Virus record (IMG/VR): IMGVR_UViG_2824139951_000003
Location: 1,313-65,312 of that record
Source of the DNA: a virus
Lineage: Duplodnaviria; Caudoviricetes
DNA length: 64,000 nt
Direction: 5' to 3' (one strand)
The position numbers were made by a program, and so were the translations under genes. This document shows positions 48,371 through 58,018 of this stretch, one piece after another. The notes beneath the pieces are model-generated. The model did not search any database and had not been told where the DNA came from. It saw nothing but the letters and a program-made list of their open reading frames with translations. The stretch's first letter is position 1, and each line of letters opens with the position of its first letter.

Positions 48371-49700
48371 CTGTTCGTAGCGATCAGCCCAAGGGTTGAT
48401 CAGTGCGAATAGCACAGAAGTAGAAGTGCCGCCCCGGCAAAGCGATCGGAACCAAGCGGAACGTTTCTTTAACAATGCAGCATATCGAGTGGCATCAGAG
48501 TTGGTGGCTGAAACAGTGGCCAGCGCTGATGGCATTCGAGGCTGCAAGATGGATAAAAGGTGTCACGGCGAAAGCCCGAGCGCACACATGTCTGATTCCC
48601 ACCGCATGAGTAGCTGGAAGAGTGGAAATATCGAGCCGGCTGGTCCGGCGAGATGTCCTCGGAAGAGGCGCCCAGTGTTGAGTGGCGTGGTAACTCGACA
48701 CAACGTCCCCGGCCCGGAGCTGGCAATGCCAGGTGTTGCCGTGGCGGGGACGCAAAGCAATGTTGAGTGTTGGGGGTTGTTGAGTCGCGCACTCGATGAC
48801 TAACCGAAAGGAGGTCGCAGCCTTCAACACTGAGCGTTGCAGTTTTCCGTGAATGACGTTGTGCGGCGTGGAGAGACACGCGCAGTAGGCGTAGAAGGCG
48901 CTGCCCGCCTGCGGCCAACATGGATCGCGTGCGGGGCGTTGGAGCCAAAGATACCCGAGCGGAGCTTAAGTGCGTCGAAGCTGCGGGGCATACAGATCGG
49001 AGCTAGCGATTCCGACGCAGCGTCATTCACCGAACACTGCAAGCAGTTTCAGTGGAGCGCCCTAGAGATCCAGTGGGCGCGGCCTTAACCGGAAACGGTA
49101 GGGCGACACGAGTGGTGGCGCACTCAAAATCAAAAACGCTTAACGAGCGAACCGGTGTGAACTCCGGTAGCAGGGTTGGTGAACCTAACCTCCCTGTGAT
49201 GTTTCCCGAAGTGGCGATCGGGGTATAGGGCGCTCCACTGAGATTGTTGTACCGAAATTGCACCCAGGTAGGAGGGCAGCAAACCCCTCCGGTGTGTGCG
49301 ACTCGCTGGTGGACGAGTGATAAAGACTTTGCCTCCGCGCCTTGAGTTGGGGTAGCTGCCTGCGGATAAGGCCTGAGATCTTGAGTCAGTAGCGGGACTC
49401 AAGCGTTTGCCGGTACGAGAACCGGCACGAATTGCATCACCGAGCAGAGGGAATCCATCGAAACCCAGCATGAGTTGAGAATCTGCACTCGCGAGCATAG
49501 GCGGAGGATCGGCAAGCAATAGTGCGAAACACCGATGGTGGCAGCCGGGAATAGACTGGCACGAACAACCAGCAAGCCAATGCGACCGCCTAGCCCACGT
49601 ACGGGCTCCTCGGGTAGTTTGCTGAGGCGCTACGACTGCTGCGGAAGCGGTGCAGGCATCATCGGTGGGGGGCCAGCCTTAAGAACAGTCGTTACGACCT
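48371..49700 (+). ncRNA. Putative structured non-coding RNA array in pL leader
   Basis: At least six consecutive long-range stems with G-U pairs; no credible ORF. Confidence 0.6.
48462..48476 (+). promoter_or_regulatory. boxA-like antitermination element
   Basis: cgtttctttaacaat versus consensus cgctctttaacaa. Confidence 0.6.
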
Positions 49701-49755
49701 GAGCAAGTTGTCATTCCATTTCAACCCGCACGATCCTCGCTAAGGACTACATATC

Positions 49756-50097
49756 ATGGAGCAAACCGTAACGGTCAACCTGAAGTGGTTCCGATTCGGC
49801 CAAAACAACAGTGGCGGCTACTTCGTTGAAGACGAAAACGTCTGCGAAGACGTTTATGTGCAGGCCCGCAGCGCCGAAGAGGCAATCGCCAAGGCCGAGA
49901 CGTTCTGCGACAACAGTGATTCGTGCCCGTGCTGCGGTGACCGCTGGTCATTCTGGGTTGATGATTCGGACGGCACTGACGAGCCGATGCGTTACGGCGA
50001 ACCGGTCAGAACGCTGACGAAGGGCTTGTACAGCACGAAGGCGAAGTTACACCACTTCGACGGCACCATCGAAACCATCAAACTTCAAGACGCCTAA
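49756..50097 (+). CDS. Hypothetical phage protein
   Basis: QNNSGG.F...V.VQA.S.EEA...CPCCGDRW. Confidence 0.8.
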   Translation: MEQTVTVNLKWFRFGQNNSGGYFVEDENVCEDVYVQARSAEEAIAKAETFCDNSDSCPCCGDRWSFWVDDSDGTDEPMRYGEPVRTLTKGLYSTKAKLHHFDGTIETIKLQDA

Positions 50098-50126
50098 CGC
50101 CTCACGCACCGCAAATAGGACAAACA

Positions 50127-50510
50127 ATGAACACGCAAACAATCGAACAACCGGCCGTCATGCTTCCCGAACTGGCTGAAGGCGAAACCTACCTCGGCGA
50201 CTTCATCGGTGCCGATGGCCGAATCACCCACACGATCCTGCTGCCCGGTGACAATGCCGATGCGAGCTGGCAGACGCAACTTGAGTGGGCGAAGTCGATC
50301 GGTGGCGATCTGCCGACACGCGTGGAGCTCTCGGTGGCTTTCGAGAAGCATCGTGACCAGTTCCAGCGCGATTGGTACTGGTCGAATCAGACCGATGAGG
50401 ATGATGACGCCTACGCGTGGTGTCAGCACTTCCTCAACGGCAGCCAGACCTACTACCACAAGGACTACGACTATTGGCGCGCCCGCGCAGTCCGCAGATT
50501 TGTAATTTAG
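50127..50510 (+). CDS. DUF1566 (Lcl/C-type-lectin-like) domain protein
   Basis: LPTR.EL, WYWS, AW.Q.F..G.Q, RARAVRR. Confidence 0.82.
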   Translation: MNTQTIEQPAVMLPELAEGETYLGDFIGADGRITHTILLPGDNADASWQTQLEWAKSIGGDLPTRVELSVAFEKHRDQFQRDWYWSNQTDEDDDAYAWCQHFLNGSQTYYHKDYDYWRARAVRRFVI

Positions 50511-50713
50511 TCTTTTATCAATTCTCGAGCGCACGCTCACGCGGTCGCGCTAGGAGATCAACGTGTTCTATTCAGATCTTCGGCGTGAGCCGATCCGGCA
50601 TCACATTTCGCGGTACATGCTGACTTTCGTGTCGCATTTCGCGGAATACGAAAACGCGCGACTAGTTCGCGTCGTCCCACTCTCGGCGATCTGCTGGTGC
50701 TAGGAGGGAAATC

Positions 50714-50923
50714 ATGGACTGGAATCGAGGTGACCTATCTCTAAACGATGGGATGTTGTACTCGAATGACCGTTACCTTGGCACGTTTTCGTGCTGGGCC
50801 GCCGGTCGTGAGGCAATCGGCATCATGCAGGAAGGCCGCAAGGTGCTGACTGCCGGAGACACGTACTGCATGACCGAAGACGATGTTGATCTGATGGCGG
50901 CCATTGACGCCGATGAGATATGA
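50714..50923 (+). CDS. Hypothetical protein
   Basis: AGGAGG RBS, 69 aa. Confidence 0.65.
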   Translation: MDWNRGDLSLNDGMLYSNDRYLGTFSCWAAGREAIGIMQEGRKVLTAGDTYCMTEDDVDLMAAIDADEI

Positions 50924-51105
50924 GCGACGAATCGTGGCGCCGCCGTCCGCTCGAAGTGCGCATTCTGGATCGCTGCGACGAATGTGAAACGCTGCAGCCA
51001 GATGTGCGAAAGCGCGTTAACTACTGGCCTTCGTTCACTGTCATCTGCTGCGCTGCGTGCTATGCGAAGCGCTTGGCGGAATACGAAGGACTTAGTTACG
51101 GATAG
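50920..51105 (+). CDS. Small Zn-finger protein
   Basis: CDEC...CCAAC; ATGA coupling. Confidence 0.6.
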   Translation: MSDESWRRRPLEVRILDRCDECETLQPDVRKRVNYWPSFTVICCAACYAKRLAEYEGLSYG

Positions 51106-51271
51106 GAGAGAGTCATGCCCGAATGGACCTACTGGGCCGCAGCGATTGCTGTGGCTGACGCCCTGATTCTGTTGTTCTTCCGCGGCGCCGATGATCGAAG
51201 CGATATTCCGGAGAAGTGTCGACGCGCAAGAACACTTTCTTGGAAGGATTAGGAACAATACTGAGGATTAT

Positions 51272-51520
51272 ATGCAAACTGTTTTGATATGGGATGAGTG
51301 CGGCCAGAATGACATTCGATTCGTTGTCCTTGATGACGACTACAGCGAACTGAATGGCATCTATGTCAATAATTCATTGCAGGAAAGCGAGGATCAGGAT
51401 CGCGTCAACGATCTGATCTACGACGATGAGGGTCGGTACAAGGTTGAATTCCTGGTGGAGTTCCCCGTCGAAGCCGTCAAGGCTGGTGCGATCGTCATTG
51501 TGGCGGGGTTCTTGCCGTAA
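51272..51520 (+). CDS. Acidic hypothetical protein
   Basis: GAGG RBS; MQTVLIWDECG... Confidence 0.65.
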   Translation: MQTVLIWDECGQNDIRFVVLDDDYSELNGIYVNNSLQESEDQDRVNDLIYDDEGRYKVEFLVEFPVEAVKAGAIVIVAGFLP

Positions 51521-51720
51521 CGAGCAGATGCCGAGAGCAGCGCATAGCGCACGAGATCGAACTGATGCAATGCGTGTAGCGCGAGACTGAACCTTCCCCG
51601 TTTCGGCAGCGGGGAACCCTGACGGCTGCCTAAATCCCACTGCAAGAATGCTGGATAACCGGGGACCAGCGGGCAGCCGTCAGGGTATTCGATTCACAAA
51701 ATAGATTCGGAGTACAGATC

Positions 51721-51873
51721 ATGACTCAAGTAGATACGTCCGATCCTGATGTAGATCGGGTTCAAAAACTCTGGTGCGACGAGTGCCGCCGCAAGACGGC
51801 TTTCCGGTGGGACCAGTTCGGCCTGCCTATGTGCATCGAGCACAACGAGGAAGCGGGGGTGAGCAATGTGTGA
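51721..51873 (+). CDS. Small Zn-ribbon protein
   Basis: GGAG RBS; CDEC...C.EH; read by hand. Confidence 0.5.
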   Translation: MTQVDTSDPDVDRVQKLWCDECRRKTAFRWDQFGLPMCIEHNEEAGVSNV

Positions 51874-52028
51874 CGTTAAACATACCCATGCCGTCTTTGC
51901 GCTTACGGATGAATTGCGTGAAGCAATCGCGTGGGCAATTCACGCGTCGCGCCTCGATACAGGATGGCGCGCGGATGCAGCGCGTGAAGCATTTGAAAAG
52001 CTGCTTTCCGACGACACCGGAGCCAACC

Positions 52029-52262
52029 ATGTGTGATGCTCAAGACGCCATGTTGTTTCTCAAGCCGCTCTCAGGCGACCGCGTCGAGATCAGAGCCACC
52101 GGAACACGAAACCAGATCCGCGAGGCCGTTGGCGCGCCGAACAGCATCATCGACTGGCAGTCGGATGTCGTAGCGGCGATCAGGTACACGCTTGAACACG
52201 AAAAAATCAGCACCGGCACGCAGTTGTTACTGCAATCAGTGCTTGCCAATTTGCCGCAGTGA
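52029..52262 (+). CDS. Hypothetical protein
   Basis: GGAG RBS; MCDAQDAMLF... Confidence 0.5.
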   Translation: MCDAQDAMLFLKPLSGDRVEIRATGTRNQIREAVGAPNSIIDWQSDVVAAIRYTLEHEKISTGTQLLLQSVLANLPQ

Positions 52263-52275
52263 TATGGGGGTGGAT

Positions 52276-52743
52276 ATGAGTGAGAAAAAAGTTACAGATT
52301 CCGCCTATAAGCCGTGCGGTGATGAAAGACCATGCACCGCCTGCTTTACGGACAATGGCCCATGCGAACGACCGTCCCTTGAATCGCTGATCGCACAAGC
52401 TGATTTGCAGATTGGCGACGGGCATATCGACCGAGCTCGCGAAACCTTGCAGCGTGCGATCGAACTCGCTCATGACAAAACCGTCGCCACAGATACGGCA
52501 GCGCCGAGCGTGAGTCAGTGCGGAGAGTGCGAGCGTGCGGGAATTGGCCTGTGTGCGCCCGGTACGTGCTGTAAATCAGCAGCGCAGCCCGACGCCCGCG
52601 CGGCAGCACCGCAAGCAGCGCTGAAGGATGAAGAAGCCTGGATGATGTTTGATCGAATTTGCGCAGAGAACAAAGGAAAAACTATGTTCTCCGCAATAGG
52701 AATATTCGCCCGCGCCCTTCTCGAAGCCAGATCGAAACCATGA
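52276..52743 (+). CDS. Modular hypothetical protein with shared linker repeats
   Basis: TVATDTAAP and AQPDARAAAPQAAL linkers shared with 58786..60510. Confidence 0.65.
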   Translation: MSEKKVTDSAYKPCGDERPCTACFTDNGPCERPSLESLIAQADLQIGDGHIDRARETLQRAIELAHDKTVATDTAAPSVSQCGECERAGIGLCAPGTCCKSAAQPDARAAAPQAALKDEEAWMMFDRICAENKGKTMFSAIGIFARALLEARSKP

Positions 52744-52840
52744 CCACCCTAACCGAATCCCGCGCCCGTGAAATCAATCGGTTGCTATTTGCAGCTATGG
52801 GTGTGGCTGCGATTGCTCTTATTACTGTGATGGAGTTGCT

Positions 52841-53059
52841 ATGCAAATGATCGATTTGCGCACGGTTATCACCAATGTGCGCCTTACCGATGCCGAACGC
52901 GCTGAAGCGCAACTTCGTCACTTGGCGGCAATGAATGATGCGCAACTGGCCGAGAAGAAAGCTCGCAACGCGCGCCGCGGTCTTGTGCCGATGGTGATTG
53001 GTACGGCGCATGTTCCAGCCAGCGTGGCTGCGGCATATGCGTATGTGAAGGTGGCGTGA
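52841..53059 (+). CDS. Hypothetical protein
   Basis: GGAG RBS, 72 aa. Confidence 0.55.
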   Translation: MQMIDLRTVITNVRLTDAERAEAQLRHLAAMNDAQLAEKKARNARRGLVPMVIGTAHVPASVAAAYAYVKVA

Positions 53060-53268
53060 TGAGCGACTGGCAACCGATTGACACCGCGCCGGAAGACGGA
53101 CGCTGCCTGCTGGCCATTGCAACAGATGACGGCTACACGTTCGGAGTTCTAGAACGCGATGAGCGCGGCAACTGGATCCATGAGGGTGAGCCGACATTCT
53201 GTCACGGCTACTACTTTGAGCCTACTCATTGGATGCCATTGCCGCAACCGCCGGGAGATACCGAGTGA
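53059..53268 (+). CDS. DUF551-like protein
   Basis: WQPIDTAP.DG...PTHWMPLP.PP. Confidence 0.85.
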   Translation: MSDWQPIDTAPEDGRCLLAIATDDGYTFGVLERDERGNWIHEGEPTFCHGYYFEPTHWMPLPQPPGDTE

Positions 53269-53453
53269 GCCCGATCGTCCACAAACGCATTCTTGGTGAG
53301 CGCGTGCAAGCGATCATCAAAAACAACGATCCCGACTTCGACGACATGATCGCCGTGATGGATGCGCTATCTGACGTGTTTTCGGACTTTCTTCAAATGC
53401 CGGTCAAGGTGAGCGCGAAGATCGGCTTGGAATTGCCGGGAGATTCGACTTGA
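53265..53453 (+). CDS. Small hypothetical protein
   Basis: GTGA coupling. Confidence 0.45.
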   Translation: MSPIVHKRILGERVQAIIKNNDPDFDDMIAVMDALSDVFSDFLQMPVKVSAKIGLELPGDST

Positions 53454-53604
53454 TCCAAAAACTCGACGAGATCTACGACAAACACCCGCGTATCACTATG
53501 TCTTGCATGATCGCGTTGGCGTTCATCGCGCTGTACATCGGCGCGCAGATTGATACCGAAAACGACGCCGCTATTCGATGGTCGATGGTGGTTGCGAGGA
53601 CAAC

Positions 53605-53910
53605 ATGAAAATCAAGATCGAAGGCTGGCTCTACGCAAAGCCGAACGAATGGAATGTTTCAAATCCCAAAATTCAATTCTGGGAAGGCGCCGATACGAAA
53701 TACTGGGTTGCAGAAGGTTATATCCCACTTTGCGCGCACACCATTGAAGCGGAATCTCCGGAGGTCGATATCGTCGCAGGACAAGTGCAGTGTCTGCTTG
53801 TGAAGCGCGAAAAGCTGACGAAGGAATACGAGGCGTCAACGACGAAGATCGACGATGCGCTTGCGAAGCTCAAGTGCCTGACGTTCGACGAGAAGGGGGT
53901 TGCAGCATGA
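53605..53910 (+). CDS. Hypothetical protein
   Basis: GAGG RBS; MKIKIEGWLY... Confidence 0.7.
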   Translation: MKIKIEGWLYAKPNEWNVSNPKIQFWEGADTKYWVAEGYIPLCAHTIEAESPEVDIVAGQVQCLLVKREKLTKEYEASTTKIDDALAKLKCLTFDEKGVAA

Positions 53911-55091
53911 GCGAAACCAAAGAATTGACCGTTCCTGAGCGCGCCGCCGTTGCGCTGGGCACAGCGGAGCATGAGAAGAACCTGATCGCACTCTCGACGA
54001 AGTATGCCGACCTCGTGGAGATCAAGAATACGGCCGGCCGCGACCAGGTTCATTCGGCCTACATGGAACTGAAGAACACGCGTGTCGCGATCAAGAGTGC
54101 TGGCGAGGCCGCCCGCGAGGATGCAAACGCATTCCAGAAAGCTGTGATTGCTGAGGTGGCGCGATTGACGGCCATCACAGCAACGGAAGAGGCGCGGCTC
54201 CAGAAGCTCCGCGACGATTACGACGCCGAACGAGAACGCGAGAAGCAAGCCAAGGCAGAAGCCGAACGAGTGCGCGTCAACGCCATCCGCGTCCGCATTG
54301 ACGAGATGCGAACGATTCCTTCCGCGATGGTCGGCAAGACTGCCGAGCATATTGCTCGGTGCATTGAGGGTGTGGAGAAGTCGCCGGTCACGCTGGAGGA
54401 ATTCCAGGAATTCGCCGGGGAATGTGAGATGGCGAAAGTCGCCACGCTCGACAAGCTCCGCGAAATGCTTGCCGCTCAGCAAGCACATGAGCAGGAACAG
54501 GCTCGAATCGCTCAGGAGCGCGCTGAACTCGAACGACTCCGCGCCGAGGCTGCTGAGCGTGAACGTGTGGCCGCAGAAGAGCGCGCCGCACAAGAGGCTC
54601 GCGATCGCGCCGAACGCGAGCGCATCGCAGCCGAACAACGCGCGGCGCAGGAGAAGGCCGAGGCATCAATGCGCGTTGAACGCGAAGCACACGAAGCACG
54701 CATGGCTGCCGAGCGCGCCGAGATCGAGCGGCAACAAGCTGAAATCGCAGCAGCCAAAGCGGAGCAGGATCGCATCGAACGCGAGCGCCAGGAGGCGATT
54801 GAAGCCGAATCCCGCGCCAAGCGCGAGGCAGATGAGGCCGCAACGCGTGCCGAGGCGCAGCGAATCGAAGCCGAACAGCGCGCCGCAGTGCAAGAACAGA
54901 TGCGCCGCGAACAAGAGCAGTTTGCCGCCAACGGCCCTGGCGACGTGGAGCTCGTGAAGCTCCTAGCCCATCAGTACGACGTCGAAATTGGCGATGTGAT
55001 GGGCTGGATGAAGAAATTCGACTACGACGCAGCGGATGAGTATTTCGCTGCCGCGAACGTCGCAGCTAACCAAATGGAGAAAGCAGCATGA
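53907..55091 (+). CDS. Long coiled-coil protein preceding recombination genes
   Basis: E/A/R/Q-rich heptads; ATGA coupling. Confidence 0.8.
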   Translation: MSETKELTVPERAAVALGTAEHEKNLIALSTKYADLVEIKNTAGRDQVHSAYMELKNTRVAIKSAGEAAREDANAFQKAVIAEVARLTAITATEEARLQKLRDDYDAEREREKQAKAEAERVRVNAIRVRIDEMRTIPSAMVGKTAEHIARCIEGVEKSPVTLEEFQEFAGECEMAKVATLDKLREMLAAQQAHEQEQARIAQERAELERLRAEAAERERVAAEERAAQEARDRAERERIAAEQRAAQEKAEASMRVEREAHEARMAAERAEIERQQAEIAAAKAEQDRIERERQEAIEAESRAKREADEAATRAEAQRIEAEQRAAVQEQMRREQEQFAANGPGDVELVKLLAHQYDVEIGDVMGWMKKFDYDAADEYFAAANVAANQMEKAA

Positions 55092-55888
55092 GAGAAGCAA
55101 CGATGGCGGATGTGGTGGAGGTTGATCTGGCTCAGCCGGTAGCGGCAAAGCCTCCCGCAGTACAGCAGTCACATGCAGTCACGGCGGCATCCGCCACTCC
55201 GGCCGACCTTCTGCGCATCGCAGTCGAGAGCGGCGCGGACCTCGACAAATTGGAGCGTTTAATGGCGCTCCAAACGCAGTGGGAAGCGAAAGAGGCAAAG
55301 CGTGCCTTTGATGCGGCGTTCGCGGCATTCAAGGCCGAGTCAGTGACGATCCTGAAGGGCCGCAAGGTCACGGACGGACCACTTAAGGGCAAGAGCTACG
55401 CCGAGTTGCACGACGTCGTAAATGCTGTCACGCCTGCGCTATCGAAATATGGCCTTTCGTCGTCCTGGAAACTTACGCAGGACACAAAGGACTGGATGGA
55501 AGTGACGTGCTACCTGCGCCACGTCAACGGCCACGAAGAAAGCGTGTCTATGGGAGGCCCTCCCGACGCGGGCGGCGCGAAGAACGCAATCCAAGCCCGC
55601 GCCAGCACGAAGACTTACCTTGAGCGTTACACCCTCAAGGCGATCACAGGCCTGTCGGAGCAGATGGACGATGACGACGGCAACGGAAAGGCTCCGCAGG
55701 GCAATCCAGACGAAGTTTTCATGAAGTACGAGAGCCAGTTGCTGGAAGCCACGACGGCCGATGATGTGCGCCGCGTCCGAGCATTAGCCGGCGCCGCGTT
55801 CGAAGCAGTCAAGGATGTAAAGGGATGGAACCAGTTCAAGGCGATGGCAGATAAGAAGAAGGCCGAATTCGAAGGAGGTGCGAAGTGA
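55088..55888 (+). CDS. ERF-family ssDNA annealing protein
   Basis: YAELHDVV.AV.P.LSKYGL, L.H..GH.E, QA.AS..TY..RY.L.A..G. Confidence 0.88.
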   Translation: MREATMADVVEVDLAQPVAAKPPAVQQSHAVTAASATPADLLRIAVESGADLDKLERLMALQTQWEAKEAKRAFDAAFAAFKAESVTILKGRKVTDGPLKGKSYAELHDVVNAVTPALSKYGLSSSWKLTQDTKDWMEVTCYLRHVNGHEESVSMGGPPDAGGAKNAIQARASTKTYLERYTLKAITGLSEQMDDDDGNGKAPQGNPDEVFMKYESQLLEATTADDVRRVRALAGAAFEAVKDVKGWNQFKAMADKKKAEFEGGAK

Positions 55889-56532
55889 AGCGAAATTTCA
55901 TCGTCTCAGAACACCTGCAAAACACGCCTGAGTGGTTTGCTGATCGAAGCGGCCGTGCGACCGGCTCCAAGGCCAACTGCGTGACTGCCAAGATTAAATC
56001 GGGCGAAGCCGCTACGCGAGCCGACTATCGAGTCCAATTGGCGCTTGAGCGCCTGCTGTGCAAGCCGTGCGCCGATGAGTTCTCCAACGACGACACGGAC
56101 CGCGGTCACGATCGCGAGCCATTCGCTCGCATGAAGTACGAGATTAGAACCGGCATCACTGTCGAGCAGTGTGGCTTTGTCTATCGCGAAGACATGATGG
56201 TCGGGTGCAGCCCTGACGGGTTGCTTGAGGATGGCGGACGCCTCGGTTTGTGGGAGGGAAAGTGCCCGCGCAGCAAGACGCACTTCAAGTACCTGATTGA
56301 ACAGCGCGTGCCGCCGACGTATCAGAACCAAGTCTTGCACAACATGCTAGTGACTGGCGCGGAGTTTGTCGACTTCGTCAGTTTCGATCCAGACATGCCG
56401 GAAAAGCTTCAGTTGTTCATTTTCCGCTGGGAGCGCGATGAGGAATTGATCAAAGAGTATGAGATCGAGCTTCGCCAGTTCCTTCTTGAAGTTGACGCCA
56501 CCCACAAGCAAATTGCGGCGATGGCCGCCTGA
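55885..56532 (+). CDS. YqaJ/lambda-type exonuclease
   Basis: Q.TPEW...R.G..TGS, GCSPDGL, EGKCP, Y..QV, DFVSFDP. Confidence 0.92.
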   Translation: MKRNFIVSEHLQNTPEWFADRSGRATGSKANCVTAKIKSGEAATRADYRVQLALERLLCKPCADEFSNDDTDRGHDREPFARMKYEIRTGITVEQCGFVYREDMMVGCSPDGLLEDGGRLGLWEGKCPRSKTHFKYLIEQRVPPTYQNQVLHNMLVTGAEFVDFVSFDPDMPEKLQLFIFRWERDEELIKEYEIELRQFLLEVDATHKQIAAMAA

Positions 56533-56556
56533 TTCACCTTACACAAGAGCGAAACC

Positions 56557-57000
56557 ATGATTCAGATATTCGGACTGGCCCGTGTGGGCCGCGATGTTGA
56601 GGTGCGCAATACAACGAATGGCGATGCGGTCGCAAGCGTCTCGCTGGCCTTCAGTTACGGCCGCAAGGGCGACGATGGCAAGAAGCCGACGCAATGGGTT
56701 GATGGGGCACTCTGGGGCAAACGTGCCGAGGCGCTGGCACCATATCTCACGAAAGGTACCTTGGTAACGGTCGCGTGCGAAGACGCTCACATCGAGACAT
56801 TCCAGAAGCAGGGCGGCGGAGAGGGCGTGAAGCTGGCCGCACGCATCACGGCTATCGACTTGGCCGGGAACCCGCCGCAAGCCGCGCAGCAGCCGCAGCA
56901 ACGTCAGCAACAACGACAGGCGCCGCAACAACGCCAAGCTCATCAGAACATTCCTGCGGGCGGCGGCTTCGACGATATGCAAGACGACGTGCCTTTTTGA
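56557..57000 (+). CDS. ssb: Single-stranded DNA-binding protein
   Basis: GRDVEVR, WGKRAE.L..YL.KG, DDVPF tail. Confidence 0.93.
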   Translation: MIQIFGLARVGRDVEVRNTTNGDAVASVSLAFSYGRKGDDGKKPTQWVDGALWGKRAEALAPYLTKGTLVTVACEDAHIETFQKQGGGEGVKLAARITAIDLAGNPPQAAQQPQQRQQQRQAPQQRQAHQNIPAGGGFDDMQDDVPF

Positions 57001-57101
57001 TGACTACCGCCTCAGCGTCGCACGGATTGGCCAACCCGGCGTGCTCCCGATAAGTCGGTGCAGGGGCCCCATCTTGCCGGTCACTTCTGACGTGGCCCTC
57101 C

Positions 57102-57126
57102 ACGCCCGATGTCTGGGCGTTTTTTA
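57102..57126 (+). terminator. Rho-independent terminator
   Basis: acgccc-gatgtct-gggcgt plus T-run. Confidence 0.7.
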
Positions 57127-57172
57127 TTCCAGTTCCGTCGACGGCGCCCCCGTGCTCTCGGCGTGTGTCTTG

Positions 57173-57198
57173 ACCCGGCTTCGGCCGGGTTCTTTTTT
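57173..57198 (+). terminator. Second terminator with UUCG loop
   Basis: acccggc-ttcg-gccgggt-tctttttt. Confidence 0.75.
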
Positions 57199-57220
57199 GA
57201 ACCGCAAACCTGAGACGACC

Positions 57221-57481
57221 ATGAACTGCAACTGCGTTCGCGACAACGAGTCGCGCATTGCCGATCACTACACCGAATTGCTCGGCACGCCAGCGACGGC
57301 GCAAGCCAAGAACGTCGCTTTCATGCTGGGCAGCAAGGTGAGCGAGGCGGCCTATCTGCCGTACGCCGTCAAGGCCGACAAGCCGGGCTATCGCGGCGCG
57401 AAGGGCAAGGAGGTTTCGATGTTCTTCAGCTTCTGTCCCTTCTGCGGCAAGTCCACGGAAGATGAGCCTGCCAAAGCTTGA
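57221..57481 (+). CDS. Small Cys-containing protein
   Basis: MNCNC...FCPFCG. Confidence 0.75.
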   Translation: MNCNCVRDNESRIADHYTELLGTPATAQAKNVAFMLGSKVSEAAYLPYAVKADKPGYRGAKGKEVSMFFSFCPFCGKSTEDEPAKA

Positions 57482-57507
57482 ACCGCAACCGATTGAGTGA
57501 GGCCAGC

Positions 57508-57981
57508 ATGAGCTTGGTGATTGTTCCGATCGATTTGGCAGAGGCGAACGCATTCGTCTCCGTACACCATCGTCACCACAAGCCGGTTATCGGTCACAAA
57601 TTCAGTATTGCAGCCGCCGATCCAGGATTCTGGCTGATCGACACGAGAGCGCCAATCGTACGCGGTATCGCGATAGTCGGACGCCCCGTAGCGCGAGGCA
57701 ACGACGACGGCTGGACGCTTGAGGTGAACCGTTGCTGCACCGACGGCACCCGGAACGCGTGCTCAATGCTCTACGGCGCTGCGTGGCGCGCGGCGAAGGC
57801 GATGGGCTATGCGCGCCTCATCACTTACACGCTGCCGGCTGAAGGTGGCGCGAGTTTGCGCGCAGCTGGCTGGAAGCTAATCGGCCAGCGCGGCGGCGGC
57901 AACTGGAATACCCCGGCGCGCCCGCGCGTCGACACCGACGAACTGCTGCGAGGCCAGAAATCACTCTGGTCCGCCGCCTGA
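57508..57981 (+). CDS. XF1762-family protein
   Basis: EANAFV..HHRHHKP..GHKFS, GRPVAR..DDG.TLEV.R.CTDG..NACS.LY. Confidence 0.85.
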   Translation: MSLVIVPIDLAEANAFVSVHHRHHKPVIGHKFSIAAADPGFWLIDTRAPIVRGIAIVGRPVARGNDDGWTLEVNRCCTDGTRNACSMLYGAAWRAAKAMGYARLITYTLPAEGGASLRAAGWKLIGQRGGGNWNTPARPRVDTDELLRGQKSLWSAA

Positions 57982-58018
57982 CTCCCCACCCGTAACTAAG
58001 AAACAATCACAGATTCGC

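Noticed and set aside
48858-49025. Possible tRNA
   Set aside because: Has vaguely D-arm/T-arm-like pieces but no TTC-containing T-loop, cloverleaf or CCA; no canonical tRNA was found in the window by eye
48396-49519. Several 65-160-aa ORFs in the pL leader
   Set aside because: No good RBS or protein-like features; region is better explained by RNA secondary structure
50127-50510. Diversity-generating retroelement target (DUF1566/CLec fold)
   Set aside because: No reverse transcriptase or template repeat seen in the window
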